DNA of 61,924 bases, the filler included, from Globobulimina sp. (taxonomy: Eukaryota): NCBI GenBank assembly GCA_003354225.1. It is 22 parts of 22 records of this genome, joined end to end, with 100 filler letters (N's around TTAATTAATTAA, not from the genome) between each part and the next. Parts side by side here need not be neighbours in the genome. Positions count along the whole stretch, not along the records: positions 11,287 to 14,007 come from PIVH01005197.1; positions 14,108 to 16,828 come from PIVH01005198.1; positions 16,929 to 19,648 come from PIVH01005199.1; positions 19,749 to 22,468 come from PIVH01005200.1; positions 22,569 to 25,288 come from PIVH01005201.1; 17 more parts are not named here. One strand, written 5' to 3'. Under the pieces are notes generated by a model that was not told the DNA's origin, ran no database searches, and saw nothing but the letters and a program-made list of their open reading frames with translations. The translations under genes were made by a program, and so were the position numbers. Within the stretch, counting starts at the first letter, position 1; each line of letters starts with the position of its first letter. Shown piece by piece: positions 11,287 to 25,062 of this stretch.

Positions 11287-14007
11287 TAATCCGGCTGTTG
11301 CTGAATCTGCGCAACCATTCAATGATAAATTCGTATTTGATATTATTGCAGATGTGTCGGAATTGAATAATTTATTAATTGCAAATCCTGACAACAAATA
11401 CGATGTTGATAGCATTGTGAGTTATGCCTTGGCATTATTTAAGCCGTACGTAGAGCATCCATTGTTTAGTGAAAATATTGGCGGACTTTGGACTTACTTG
11501 GAAGAAGAAGACCGCACATTTAATAATGAGATTTTCATTCATCCGTTTTTATCACAAAAAGAGTATATAGCGTTGGTACAAGAATTCATGGATAAAGAAG
11601 AGAAGCATAATAATCCAATATCTGCGGAATTGCGTACATTGTATACAGAAAAATGGATATCGCCGTTGGTTAGAGATCAAGTACAAGTACCAACATCATG
11701 CATTGGTCTAAATGATGGTGAATATCTAATTAAATTAATTGATGATGATAAATATCCATTAGTTTCTACAAAATGTAGTAATGGATATATGCTAATTGAT
11801 GTAAAAAAAGATAAAGAGTGGATAAAGTATTTTACATCATGGAGCGAATGGCATTATGATATAGCTGGTCCAGATAAGAATGATAGAGTTAATTGGAATG
11901 AATGGTTCTGTCCTTCAGCAGATAGTGAATATATTGAGGCGTATACAGATCTTAAAGGTTATAATTATGGTAAAAAAGATAAAGAATGGACAAAATATTT
12001 GATATCACCAGAATGTGATATTTGTGATATAAATGATAATTATCATCAACAATACACAGATAAAACTTCATATTATATGAATGCTGCTGCATATGGTGTA
12101 TTTTTCGGCGTTAGACGTCCAGCATGTGATTTTGATTGGGATTCTTTACAATGGTTTGTTCTACTTCTATTTGGGTTTGATTTTTTTTTGATTACAAACA
12201 AATTCGTCATCATTGCAGTAAACAATGCGTTCATAGCGATACTGGAAATATGGTTGGCATTGACAGATCGTATGATTTATCGTTTGAAGACAAAGGTGTA
12301 CAGCGTATAATGATTGGTGTTTGTCTAACCGAGGTACGTTCTGCCTTTCAGCAGATTGCGAAAGATTTTGAAGACTTTACTGGTTATGGCCCCATGAATT
12401 ACAAACCTTCGGTTGGAATGAATGGGAGATTTTGCCAATGTGTACAAACACCAAAAACAAATAAGAAATATATTGCAGTTACAAAACAAGAATATACTCA
12501 TAAATTACAACAACTCGATGCCAGTGATATAAAGCTACCAGACAGAAATGACCATATTAATGTTTATTATTTACATAAAGAAGATTTTGAAATTGGTACG
12601 TATCGCATTCGAAAAGCAGGGACATATATTTTAATGGATGATATTTCAATTAATTTCAACCAGCCACAATATTTGGATGTGAATGACATTGATTCGCCCA
12701 ATGACCCCACACAAGATTGGTGGTGGCCGCCAGTGGATTCTGAGGATTATCCGGGTAGTGGTTATAAAGCACGTGAACAATATATGTTGGGCTATTTTGC
12801 TGGAATTACAATTGAAACACATGATGTTATATTAGATTTAAATTCTCATACAATTGAGCAGAGTTTGGAGTTTTTCCATCAACAACCTTTTTTTGCAGTT
12901 ATTGAGTTGATGTCGCAGCCATTTCTCCCCAATCAAGGACCAGGCTTTTTTGGTGCGGATCCGCAATTTGCTGAAAATGTAATTATTAAAAATGGTGTGA
13001 TTGGTAGATCCTCGCATCACGGCATTCATGGCACAAAAAATAAAAATATCCGAATTGAAAATGTAAAAATACGCAATTTTATGACGCATGGTATTCAAAT
13101 GAATGGCTATGAAGGACTGCATATAGAAAATGTAGATGTTGGTCCAACTACGAATGAAGCATTTTTAAACCATAACTATGCACATTTACGTATGATGTTG
13201 CCGTATTTATATAAAATGGCAAATTGGGACGAACAGCATCAACAACAAACTATATATTTCGATCCAATCAAAAGAAATGATAATGGTAAGAAATATACAT
13301 TAAATGATTTAATTGATATTGCAGTGCCCAAATTAGATAAAGTATTTAAATATGTTATGTCACCAGATGTTAATCAAGAAAATTTGCAAAAATTAATGGA
13401 GACTGATGAAGATTTTGAATTATTTATAAATGCAGATGGTTTACCGTATGGTTCAGTGATTTATGGAGTATACCTCAATTACCCAGGAAGTGGAATATTT
13501 GGATGGGATGTCAGTGACTTAAGATCGTCAGATTTATATATTAAAGATTTAACTATTCATGATTTATCTCATGCGGGTAAAGAAGTTTTTGGTCTAAGCA
13601 AAAATAAAAAACGTTTTCTTGTAAATACATTGCTTGCTCCATTAAACCTAGAACATATGTTTGGTAGCAAAGATTTAATAAAAGAATGGGTCTATAATAG
13701 TTATCACAGAGATAATGGACAAGTAATTGAGCCACATTATGTTGGCAATATATGTACAGATATATATATGGCTATGTACAAATTTGGTAGTGATAGATTT
13801 GATGAATGGTGGTTGGGAACACCATATGTTGGATTAGCAAATGCTCGGTTAATAGATTGGGCACAAGGTAATGATTTGCAATGTATGTCATCAGCAACGT
13901 TTGGTGGTGATTACTTTGAGCCCATTTGTGCGATTGATGGAATGGTGCATCCTGGAAAGGGTTTGATTGCTCTTAAAATTACAAATGTCGATAATGTGCG
14001 GTTTGAT
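11287..14007 (+). CDS. Large multidomain protein with a right-handed beta-helix-like C-terminal region (partial at both ends)
   Basis: The two long ORFs join through a 65-nt GT..AG intron at 12154-12218 (LQC|KQCVHSDTGNMVG). Beta-helix-type repeats NVIIKNG, NIRIENVKI, GLHIENVDV. Confidence 0.8.
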
Positions 14008-14191
14008 NNNNNNNNNNNNNNNNNNNNNNNNNNNNNNNNNNNNNNNNNNNNTTAATTAATTAANNNNNNNNNNNNNNNNNNNNNNNNNNNNNNNNNNNNN
14101 NNNNNNNACGAAAAGGCCTTTCAAGCTATTCAATATACCTTATCAAACTGCTTAGAATAAATATGATCATCATTTATTACAACTTGACCTT

Positions 14192-15337
14192 TTGGAAAAA
14201 AATCTGGAAGAGTTTATCAGGAAAACATTCAAAGCAAAATTAGTGGACCAACACAGTTTATTTGATGATGCTTTGTCGATTCCATTGCATCAAAATACTT
14301 TACAGCAAGATATGAATAGTAACTTAGAGCAGAGAGCCGATGATGACAACTTAATGAACTTATTCAACGACAATGTAACAAACAGCACCATATTCAGCAA
14401 CAGCTCATCGAGCAATGATAAAACTGCACAGCAAACCTCCAGCGATGAAGAAAAGAGTAGTCACAATTTATTAGTTCCAAATACTCACTTCCCTCCATTC
14501 CCGACATTCCCTCAAATCCAAGTGGCTGATAATATTAATCCACATTTACGATTAAACGATTTAATTCCAGCCGGTTGCAGGAAAAATAAGCAGTTACCAC
14601 TTTTGCTCTCAACTAACAACATCTGCACTGAACTGAGTGATAATATTAATATTAACATCAATAAACCCGTTCAGATGCAGACGAATTGTGCAATTCCTGT
14701 TGCTCCGCCTAAACCGCCACCGCCTCCGCCTCCACCTCCACCTCTTACAACATCGATATCTGTAACAGTGGATTCCAGCGACTCCGAATTATCTGATGAT
14801 AATATCAAGAATACAGAACATTATAAGTGTCATCTCTGTGATGAAGAATTTAATTATCGATTACGATGGGAAAGTCACCTGAAAACGCATCAGTTTTCAA
14901 ATATATATCAGAGAAATGAAAAAGAAAAAAGAAAAAAGAAGAGAAATTTTAGGAAAATAAATGTTGATAATAACAAACTGGATGTTACAAATAAACCGAA
15001 CAAACGAACTTGCCGTAGATATCAATGTGAATTTTGCGAGAAACAATATGCATATTCTCGCGGAAATGCATATATTAAACATTATAATAATCATATGATT
15101 ACAAACAAAAATATTGAATGCAATTTTTGTTTCAGTAAATTCAAAGTTAAACAAAATTTGATAAAACATATCAATAAATTTAATGCGGGAATGACTGTGG
15201 ATTGTTTGTATCAATGTTGTCAATGTCGAATGAGGTTTGAGAGGAAAAATGAATTGACATCACACATTACTTCGAAACATAAAATGAATTCAGTTGATGC
15301 TAAAGAAATGGATGTTGATTTTGATGATTTTATATGA
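14192..15337 (+). CDS. C2H2 zinc-finger protein
   Basis: Four CxxC..H..H fingers (YKCHLC, YQCEFC, ECNFC, YQCCQC) after a low-complexity/poly-Pro region. Confidence 0.85.
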   Translation: MEKNLEEFIRKTFKAKLVDQHSLFDDALSIPLHQNTLQQDMNSNLEQRADDDNLMNLFNDNVTNSTIFSNSSSSNDKTAQQTSSDEEKSSHNLLVPNTHFPPFPTFPQIQVADNINPHLRLNDLIPAGCRKNKQLPLLLSTNNICTELSDNINININKPVQMQTNCAIPVAPPKPPPPPPPPPPLTTSISVTVDSSDSELSDDNIKNTEHYKCHLCDEEFNYRLRWESHLKTHQFSNIYQRNEKEKRKKKRNFRKINVDNNKLDVTNKPNKRTCRRYQCEFCEKQYAYSRGNAYIKHYNNHMITNKNIECNFCFSKFKVKQNLIKHINKFNAGMTVDCLYQCCQCRMRFERKNELTSHITSKHKMNSVDAKEMDVDFDDFI

Positions 15338-15943
15338 CGTATAATTCATTAATAAATAAACAATTTAAAGAGTATATTCCATAATAAATAGAAAAATGAT
15401 ACAATTTTTGCGATGTTTATTTTTTTGTGTTTTTTCATGTTTTTTTGTTTTGTATCTGTATTTTACATGTTACGCTATTCCATATTTTTTCTCAATTTTT
15501 TTTTTCTTAAATTTTTATTTTTTTTTTTGAAAAAAAATTTATTTATTATTTATATCTGTTGAAGGTATAGAGTATGGATAATGTATACATTGAAGTTTTT
15601 TGTTGTTGTACTTTTGTGTTAAATGTATTAATTTAATGAATATGACAGTTAGTAAGTTATCCCCATTAAATTGTATTTTTGTGTTCATGATATTTTACAT
15701 TGGATGTTCGGTTTGGATTCAAATCCAATTCTGTAAAATATATTTTTTGCAAACATTCCAATTAATTTGGTTCATATTTGGTATACACAAAGCACGGATT
15801 GTAATGTTTATTTTTGGAAATGAGATTTTTATTTGCACTTTGTCGTTACCAAGAATCAAGATGAAGTAGTTTGTGAGTGTTGTAAAAACAAGAATTTATA
15901 AACAATATCTTCAAATTAACAATAAGTACCCATTGTGAAACGT

Positions 15944-16828
15944 TTATACCCTCAGTTTAAACACTTGATGTCTACAGATTGGGCAACTGGCAGATTCTGT
16001 GAAATAATTATTATATTCTCATTTGAACCACATTTCGTTGATATTTTTATTCATACTCCTGCAAATAATTAATATTAAATATTAAATAAAAATATCAACA
16101 AAAATGCATACCATCAAACCATTCGAGGGCGCAGTGATCATGAAAAATATGATTGCAATCTAGTCTGACAATGGTCTGTTCCATCTCGAATGAATCCATA
16201 CATATCACACAATAAATGTCACCATCCGATTCATCATTGATGTCTAGATCTTTGTTTTGATTTCCATTTCCAAGCAATGTTGTTTTTATGGTTGCATTTG
16301 ATTTTAGAAATTTTCCTGAAATATCCCAAATTGATGCATATGACTGACTGAATGATTTATTTCTGAGTGTTGCTGGAATATATAAACTTTTGCTGACAAT
16401 ATCACTGCTTTTCTGCCGATGGTATATTGATTTCAATGCGTCTAATCTTTGCAATATTCGTTGTCTTCGTTTTCGTTTTTTATTATAATAAATCATCCCT
16501 TCAATACACCGCAAACATGCTAAAGCCATAAATATTGATTGTATGATGACAATGGAGTTCAATACAAATTGTAGAGAGAATGGATCATAATATTCTGATT
16601 TATAGTTTATGCACACCTGCCGACTATTAATTATCTTCCATATTAATTCAAATATAATATTTTAGATAATTCATAGTCGGACAGTAATAAATATTGAGTG
16701 TACGTTACCTGGATTATCCGGATTGGATTTATTTTCAACAATACATTGCATTTTATTTTTGTGGATCTTAAATAAATCGGCATAAACTGTTCCAAATATG
16801 ATCATACTATAAATAGCATCCAAGATAA
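15944..16828 (-). CDS. Membrane-anchored RING-H2 E3 ligase, spliced, 5' partial
   Basis: CVICMDSF..LDCNHIFHDHCALEWF, with ASCPICR in a downstream exon near 15970-15995; upstream TM helices. Confidence 0.8.
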
Positions 16829-16928
16829 NNNNNNNNNNNNNNNNNNNNNNNNNNNNNNNNNNNNNNNNNNNNTTAATTAATTAANNNNNNNNNNNNNNNN
16901 NNNNNNNNNNNNNNNNNNNNNNNNNNNN

Positions 16929-18205
16929 AAAGCAGAAAACAAACATGTTATTATTATTATTATGCAGATGTTTTTGGAGATTTAAACACCAAAAACAAAA
17001 GAAACACTTAACACTGAATATTCTTTCAACAAATGATTGGCAAATATTTTGAACCCTTCCTCACATTTTAAGACATCGTTAAAATATACTATCTTTTCTT
17101 TATTATTTTCATTGCTGTCTTTCCTTTTTTTGTTGTTTATAACCGACACAGAGTGTAATCGAAAGGTTTCAACTCTTTTATGTCGGCGATTTCTGTTTGT
17201 ATTAAGATACATTTGCAATCTGGGCACATATAATAATCTCAATACAATACACAACGATATAACAGCACTCCAAGCATATGACCCTTATAAATACAAACAA
17301 ATACAATAAAAAAACAGCGTATATGCAAGATCTCTTACCTTGGGAACGTAATATAGTATCCTTTGATAATACAGCACCACAAATAAAGCCCAGTACCCCA
17401 ATCATAAATATAATGGCAACACCGCGAATTTCGTCACGAATACCAATGTTGTCATGGAATTTTTGCGACACAAACGATAATATACAAAATGGGATAGCAA
17501 TTATTAAACCGTCCAATAAGATGATCAAATCGTATGCTAACTTGTTTTCGCCGCCACTTATTTCGATTGCTATTAAGCATAAAAGAACTCCGACAATATA
17601 GTGTATCACAGAGATTAGGATTAATAATTTTTCGTTTCCCAATATGTTTCCTGTATTTTTTGTATATTTTTTGTATATTTCACAAACAGTCAAATGTTTT
17701 TTGTTGTTGGTGTTTGATAGAGTTTTAAACTGTATTTCATTGTCCAATGTTGAGCTTGATCTGAAAGTAATTGTTTTGACCATTTTAATTGAAGTAAATG
17801 GACGGCACGTCTCCAATCATAAAATACGATCCATATTCTAAATAATAATAAGTTTGCAGTTAATTGAGTGAACCATATTGCTAGTTATTGTTTTGTATGA
17901 TATATGTTATGGATGTTAAGTACATATCAGATGATACCTGGGGTTCGGATTCGTGGATTATTCAAAATGCCAAGAGAGTAACCACTGTATGTCAGATTGG
18001 AAAGAATAGCAAAATATGCGCGGATAAATAAGATATTGATTAATGTGAAGAAAGTGATTAAAGTCACCATTTTTGGTCGTCGTTTTGATACAATATCTAT
18101 ATCTCTCCATTTCCAAAACTTCCAGAAATGAAACAGTATCAATGGTGTAAAGAGACAAAACGTAATTATTGAGATTATAAGAAACAGTGACCACCAATAT
18201 TCCAT
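16929..18205 (-). CDS. 7TM-RGS-like protein, spliced, 3' partial
   Basis: Multiple TM helices with KRRP after TM1 and DNIGIRDEI loop, followed by an RGS start FNDVL..EEGFKIFANHLLKEYS. Confidence 0.7.
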
Positions 18206-18286
18206 TGAACAAGTCGAAAGTTTTTGAGTAGTAAATAAAATTAAGTAAATTTAATAATTAAAACGTACAACAAACAATTTATTACA

Positions 18287-19648
18287 TTAATATATTGATG
18301 GATCAGTTGGTGCAGATGGAACAGCAACCATACCGGGATTATATCCAGTTTGATTTGGTTGTAATGGCTGTGTTTGATTAACTACAATGGGTTGTTGTTG
18401 TGGTATAATCATAATAGGTTGTTGTTGTTGTTGCGTTGTCTGTTGTTGTTGTTGCTGCTGTGGATAATATGGATTCACAGGTTTATCGCCCATATTTCTA
18501 ACATATTGTGTTCCAGCTCTCACAATTGTACTGGGTCCTTCATACGTAGCAAACATAGTCGTTGTTTCCTTCATATCATCAATATGTATAATTGGATGCA
18601 ACCTTTTCATTGTCATATAACCTGTAATTTGTGCAGGTATCTCCTCCAACACAGCTTTCGCCAACCTACCAATATCACCATCTTTATACTTATTAAACGG
18701 TACAAATTGCACAATATCTCTTTTCATTATGACCCCGGACCTCGATCTCAATGCTACATCATCTGCGTCTAATTTATCCATTGCACGAAAATCTGCATTG
18801 CCAACACCAATAATTATAATACTCAAAGCTAAATCTGATGCATTCACAATTGCATCAATGGTATCGCCCATATCAGTTATAATGCCATCCGTAATCATCA
18901 ACAATATGACATAATTTTGTTCTCTTTGATTATTCATTTTTGCAGCAGCCATAGCCGCACAGTTATTAATTATCGGCGCGAAGTTCGTCGGACCATATAA
19001 TTGTATCTTACTTAAACAATCGATATATGCGCGTAATACCCCTTCGATGCCCGCAACACAAGCATTATTCGTCAATGTTAAATTAAAACAATGTGATACA
19101 TTCTTCTCGCCAAAGGGGTTTATATTTGCACCAAAACCATACGCATTGATTTGTTTATCACTGTCATAAGCTTCGACCACTCTGCCCACCGACCTCAATG
19201 CTGTCACAAATTCAAAGTACATATTCATACATCACAATCAACGAAAAGCATACCTTTCATGTACGGACTCTCAAATGTCGGTGCCCCGCAATAATGCAAA
19301 GTGCCCTGAGCTTTCGGGTTGCCGTTAGAACCTAAATAATGGTCAAACAGTAAATGTGTTGTCTCAAACAAACACGCAAAGCAAAGCAACATTAAGCGGA
19401 CCTGTAAAATCAACCCCAACCATCATTTCTATATTCATTCCACCCATTACATATTGCAAGAATCCATGACGTTTAATAATATCTGTATTCCTGACAGTTA
19501 GCTGTCCCATGACTTTGTTTGCTATCATGGGATTAACTAAAGGCAAACTACTTTGATCTAACAATGCTTGTAAGGAGGTCATACATTCGCCAATTTCAAT
19601 GGGTGCGCTGTCATCTTTATCATGGAAACATACTATTTTTATGGGTCT
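18287..19648 (-). CDS. Copine (C2 + vWA), spliced, 5' partial
   Basis: VGVDFTG|SNG..LHY, YDSDK..AYGFGA, LYGPTNFAPII, LLMITDG, SIIIIGVGNADF, RDIVQFVPF. Confidence 0.95.
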
Positions 19649-20043
19649 NNNNNNNNNNNNNNNNNNNNNNNNNNNNNNNNNNNNNNNNNNNNTTAATTAA
19701 TTAANNNNNNNNNNNNNNNNNNNNNNNNNNNNNNNNNNNNNNNNNNNNTTTTGAAGGGTCTCAATTATTGGAAACTTAGATGCGATATATTCTGTTAATG
19801 TCGGTTCATATTTCTCTGTATAAGCTGTGTGTTCGTGAGCTAAATATTGAAGAAACTACAAATTGTTGCATAGGTTTATTTAATTTATATTTTATGTGTA
19901 ATAATTAATAAATTATCTAAACTTTATCTGTGTGTCGAGACTTTCGTGTATCTCGATTAGTATTTCCTGATGAAATACTACTTTGAAACGATTTCGTATC
20001 TTCCATATTTTCTGGATGCAACTCATTATCTTTGCTGTATTTT

Positions 20044-21159
20044 ATGTATTGTTTTAGATTAAAGGTAAATATTTCAGTATAATCTTAACTCAATAGATTT
20101 GGACATAATTAAATAAATAAATAGATCGTAATAATTGGTGCCAATGGTAATTTTGGCTCAAAATTAACAAAACATTGGATGAATACACATGAGTTATTGT
20201 TAGTGGATAAAGAGGCAGCCACACCCGCCATAAATGAGTATTTTCTCAATGCAGACTTAATGCATTATCATATCAAATTAGATTTATTAAAAGATTGCAA
20301 TGATTGTTCAAAGTCAACATTATCACAATTAGTATCCCAAAGTGATGTAATAATACATTTTGCTGCAAACAATCCTTTTCCTGATGCAAATTGGAAAGAA
20401 TCTCTGGATACAATAGATATGATAAATAATGCGTTGTTATCTTGTACACATCAACAAAACTTACAAAATAATAAGAAAACAAGGATAATATTTGCATCCA
20501 GTAATCATTGCATGGGTGGATATCGAAAAGAAGGCGGAACATTATCAAGAGCTCTACAAAATGGCTATACTGAAACAGCATTGTTTGACACGAAAAAAGT
20601 ACCTTTAAATCCAGCCACAAAGATTGTGTTACAAAATGGTTATGAAATGGATGCGACTGCTTATGCAATGCCAAAGGTTTTCGGAGAAAGGTTATCATTA
20701 AGTTTATGTAGTTTATACCCACAGAATATTGAAGCTGTGATACTGAGAATTGGATGGAATCAGCCTGGACAAAATTTACCATCGACTTTGTCTGCTATAG
20801 GTTCACATAGCGATGCTGTGGAAGACGAACGGGACAAAATAGATAAAAGAGTAGGAGATGGTGCGATTGATGGAAATTTGAAGTTTGATGATATGGACGA
20901 TTGTGAGGATTGGTTTCGACAGATGTGGCTAAGTAATGTGGATATTGTACAGTTGTTTGATTGTGCGGTAAATTACAAATTTGAGCAGAATGTATCACCA
21001 AAATATACAATTTGTAATGGTGTATCGAATAATTCCAATTCAAGATGGTGTATACAGAATGATATTGGGTATGAGCCTAAATTAAACGTAAATGATTATG
21101 ATAAGCAAAATAAAAATATAAATACGAAACAACCAATCGAGAATATAGATTTTGATTAA
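20044..21159 (+). CDS. NAD-dependent epimerase/dehydratase (uronate dehydrogenase-like extended SDR)
   Basis: Probable first exon 20044-20064 and 60-nt intron 20065-20124 give IVIIGANGNFG (GxxGxxG). Also HFAA, FASSNH, YAMPK (YxxxK), LRIG, MWLS. Confidence 0.85.
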
Positions 21160-21247
21160 GTTGTGTAATATTGTGCCACCTTTTGAATTCACACTAAACT
21201 ACACTTGGCAGTTTTTTGTGTCATTTGACATTCTACAAAAGATGTGA

Positions 21248-22117
21248 GTGCTTAAAATGGCATTACAGAGAAATAGGGGATCGTTAACACTTATCATGGT
21301 TGTATTATTTGTGTGTTTTCTGATAATAACTTCATTTTCGACAATCCAATTACCATTTAATTATGCATTTCACTGGATTTTGAATTCAGAATCAGTACTC
21401 GATTCAGTAGGTACTAATCAAGAAATGCACGTTATTGATAACGATACAATACCGGTAACATGGAATTATTATTTTGGAAATAAAGTGTTAATATTCGTTG
21501 GTGACAGTATTATGCGATGGCTGTCTGTTTCATTGATAGAAACTTTAACAAACAATACCAATTTTTGTGATAATCCGGCTGCAATGTCAAGACCAAATTG
21601 TGTTGGAACAAACAAATATTTTGATTTAAAACGTTGTGCAAAGTTTAGAAAAATCCAAAATATGAACTGTTTTGATAATGATACTCATACTCAAATCATA
21701 TTAAATGATAATAAAACAACAATCATATATTTATCATGCTGGGATTTTATTTATTTCTTTCGTGATATTACTGTTTCATTAGAAAGAATTTACAAAACAT
21801 TCAACAATACATATGAAATTATTATATTTACTGGTTTTTTATTGCATAGTTTAAAACAGCCACAATCCCAACAACAGCAATTCGAATACAAATATAATAT
21901 TATTAATTGGTATAACAATATCAAAAATTATTCAAACCGACAAATATGGATTTCGACACATTTCCGTTCAATGAATTTGATTCCAATTCAATATCAATGG
22001 CAGTCAAATGAATTAATTTCAAGATATAATAAAATTGCAAAAAATATATCATTGATTTTGCAAATATTTCGCAAAACTATTCAACTTTGGATGGAACACA
22101 TTTATCATATAAAATGA
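21248..22117 (+). CDS. Type II membrane SGNH/PC-esterase-like protein
   Basis: N-terminal TM anchor followed by the IFVGDSIMR motif. Confidence 0.55.
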   Translation: MLKMALQRNRGSLTLIMVVLFVCFLIITSFSTIQLPFNYAFHWILNSESVLDSVGTNQEMHVIDNDTIPVTWNYYFGNKVLIFVGDSIMRWLSVSLIETLTNNTNFCDNPAAMSRPNCVGTNKYFDLKRCAKFRKIQNMNCFDNDTHTQIILNDNKTTIIYLSCWDFIYFFRDITVSLERIYKTFNNTYEIIIFTGFLLHSLKQPQSQQQQFEYKYNIINWYNNIKNYSNRQIWISTHFRSMNLIPIQYQWQSNELISRYNKIAKNISLILQIFRKTIQLWMEHIYHIK

Positions 22118-22568
22118 ATGTTTGGATTTGCAAACAAATATTTGGATTTGAATTGTCTTCTATATGACTATTTTACATTTTATCCTTTTTAGCTGTATTT
22201 TACACTAATTACCTTATTACTCTGTCCGACCATGTAAGTAGTTGCGAATTTGCGCATAGTCTAATCATGATGCAACCGTTTGGTGCAACCGTTTGGTGCA
22301 ACCAGCATTTTTAGTCAACTTGAATTTTTTTTTTTTCTCATATTTAAAATAATTGACTACTGCCAACTAACTTTTTCTTAAGTACTAATACTTCTCAACT
22401 TAAAAAGCACTTAGTCAATTGCCTGCTGGGAGCGTGGATTGATTAAAAGTACTCATCCCACTCCTCTTNNNNNNNNNNNNNNNNNNNNNNNNNNNNNNNN
22501 NNNNNNNNNNNNTTAATTAATTAANNNNNNNNNNNNNNNNNNNNNNNNNNNNNNNNNNNNNNNNNNNN

Positions 22569-23256
22569 GTATCTTTCTTTCATACTCATTTCTTAATTCC
22601 TGTTTTTCTGTTTTATTTTCAGTTTTATCACCCAATAATTTACTTTTTTCTCTTTCCAATTTACTTATTTGTTGTTTTAAACCGCTCAATTCCTTGTTCA
22701 TCGCAGCGTTCTTAGCATTTAAAGTTTGTCTCTCTGTTTCTAATTTATTCTTTTCCTCCTTTAATTGTGCCATTTCACTTTGTTTCAAATCAGTTAATTG
22801 TTGGAATGCAGTATTTTTATCATCTAATTGTTTCTGCAAATTTGTTATCTGCTCTTTCTGCGAATTATGCTCATCTTCCAAATATTGCACATCGTAATTC
22901 TGTTGACCTATTCTTCTGTTTCGCCACGAACTCCATGTTCTTCCTCTTAGTCTCCTTAGACATTGTTTATGAATATGTTCGCTATCTGATTTTCTAAATC
23001 CTATCAAATCATCACCGTTTCCTGCTGACCCATGATAACGTCTATTATGTTTAGGATATGCTGATTTTTTTCCTTTCCAGTGACATGGACGTGGACGTGA
23101 ATCACCGTCATATTGTGGTTTTGAATCTTTCCGCACCAAATAACCTTTGTCATTCACTGGATGACAACCCGGACAAAGGAACCCTCGCTTTGAACATGTA
23201 CATCTTCGTATTTCTTTCTTACATCGACCCATCACTCTACATTTCTGTGATGACAT
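22569..23256 (-). CDS. Cys-rich N-terminus + coiled-coil protein, 3' partial
   Basis: CRVMGRC..RCTCSKRGFLCPGCHP and CHWKG..H..H, followed by long heptad repeats. Confidence 0.6.
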
Positions 23257-23352
23257 AATCTCAATAGAACAAAATGACCACTCCAAACAAGTGTGAAGAT
23301 GTTTTCTTTCAAATTTTTAAGTTCTTAAGTTTTTTATACATTTCAGAGCAAG

Positions 23353-25062
23353 ATGGAAAGTACAGAGGCAGATCAGTTACAGCGATCAAATTCCATTTCG
23401 CATTATTACTCTGGCCACCAATATTACAACCTTCAGAACGAGATTTTAGAAAAAAACACAAAATACGGCTCATTCCCTGCACATAATCGCAAATATTATA
23501 AAAACAAATTAATCTCGAAATCTGCCTCCAATCTATCGCAATCATCGCACGATGGGGAAACTTTTGATAATATCCCATTCTCGCAATATACTCCAAATCC
23601 ATATTACAGCATATTGCCAAACCATTCCATCTCATCCAACAACATACACTTCGACGCAAAGGATTTTTATATCGACAACAAAGACGACATCTCATCCATG
23701 GGCAGCAATGATGAGAGCATTGCTAGCAATCTCACGGACTCGTCATATATTGACACATCCCGAGGGATTATAATGGATAAAATCAGTGAGGACACGGCTG
23801 AGAATGCACATCACCCATTATTGGGCATGATATTAGTGACTCTATCTGCGGTCTGTTACGCTGCGCTCAATTTATCAGTGGCGGTGCTGATGGATGAGAC
23901 GCCATGGCAAGAATTGATGTTCATCCGTATGGCCATTACATGGATTGCTACCTTAATATGGATGTTGGTGCAATATAGAGGCAAGTTGGAATTATGTGGA
24001 CCCAAACATCAAAGACTATTGTTGTTGCTGCGCGCCTTTTTTTTATGGGGCGCCATGTTTACATGTTGGTGGTCGTTTGAATTCCTTCCCGTTGGTATGT
24101 TTGCTATCTCGCAAATTCGCAAGGCTTCTAATTGCAATCCGACAGTTTTTATTTTATATTTTACTCCGTGTTTAAAGTAAAAGTTTTTTTTGCATGAAAA
24201 TGACAATGGCAGCGCTTTAATACTGTTACGATAAGGTGATGGCACAACATTGGCAATGAGTTTCCCAGTTTGGGTGTCGATATTTGCGCATTTTGTGTGG
24301 AAAAATGAGAGTAATATTGGTGATACGCAAAGGTTGGATTTATTTGGTTGGATCTGTGTGTTAGCCGGCTTGCTAGGCATTGTATTTGTAGCTCAGCCAT
24401 CGTTTATATTCGGTACAACGAATGGAAGTGACACCTCACGGCGTGATGTTGGTATTATTATTGGCATTGCGTCTGCAATTTGTGCCGGTGCGCAATATGT
24501 AATTGTCAATTATACGAAAAAAGACTGTCATTGGTTGCAAGTTGAACAAATCACATCTGCTGCTTCTACATTTGTACTATGCCCATTAGGCGCCATTGCG
24601 TTTGCATTGTATTATTATCATGGCAGGAATGCATTTATTGTGCCGTGGAGCTATTTGAATGCGACCCGTTGGGCGGAAGAAATTGCTTTAGGTTTATTGG
24701 GATTTTGTGCATTGGCATTATTGACTCGCGGATCGCAGTTAGATGCGCCGGCGCGTACTGCCATATGTTTGTATTTAGAAATACCGTTTGTGTACATTGG
24801 GCAATGTGTAATGACCTCCTCTTTCCCCGATTTGTATGTGTTTATTGGCATATTTTTAGTATTGTGTTCTGTGGTAATTCCAGCGGTACGAAAATTACGG
24901 ACAGCGAAGAAAGAAAAACAATTGAAACAAACCTTACAAAATAGGAAAGATTCTGACGGTGAAAGACTTCCATTGCTTGCTGGTGTCACTGTGGATTGGT
25001 CATCGGATGAAATATCGAGTGGTGATACCGATATTGATGAGGAGTATAGAGCTATTTTATGA
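23353..25062 (+). CDS. EamA/DMT (SLC35G-like) transporter
   Basis: About 10 TM helices in two EamA-like halves. Intron 24095-24235 rejoins LPVG|DGTTLAMSFPVW in frame. Confidence 0.88.

Noticed and set aside
22270-22303. TGCAACCGTTTGG short tandem repeat
   Set aside because: About 2.5 copies with no supporting context.
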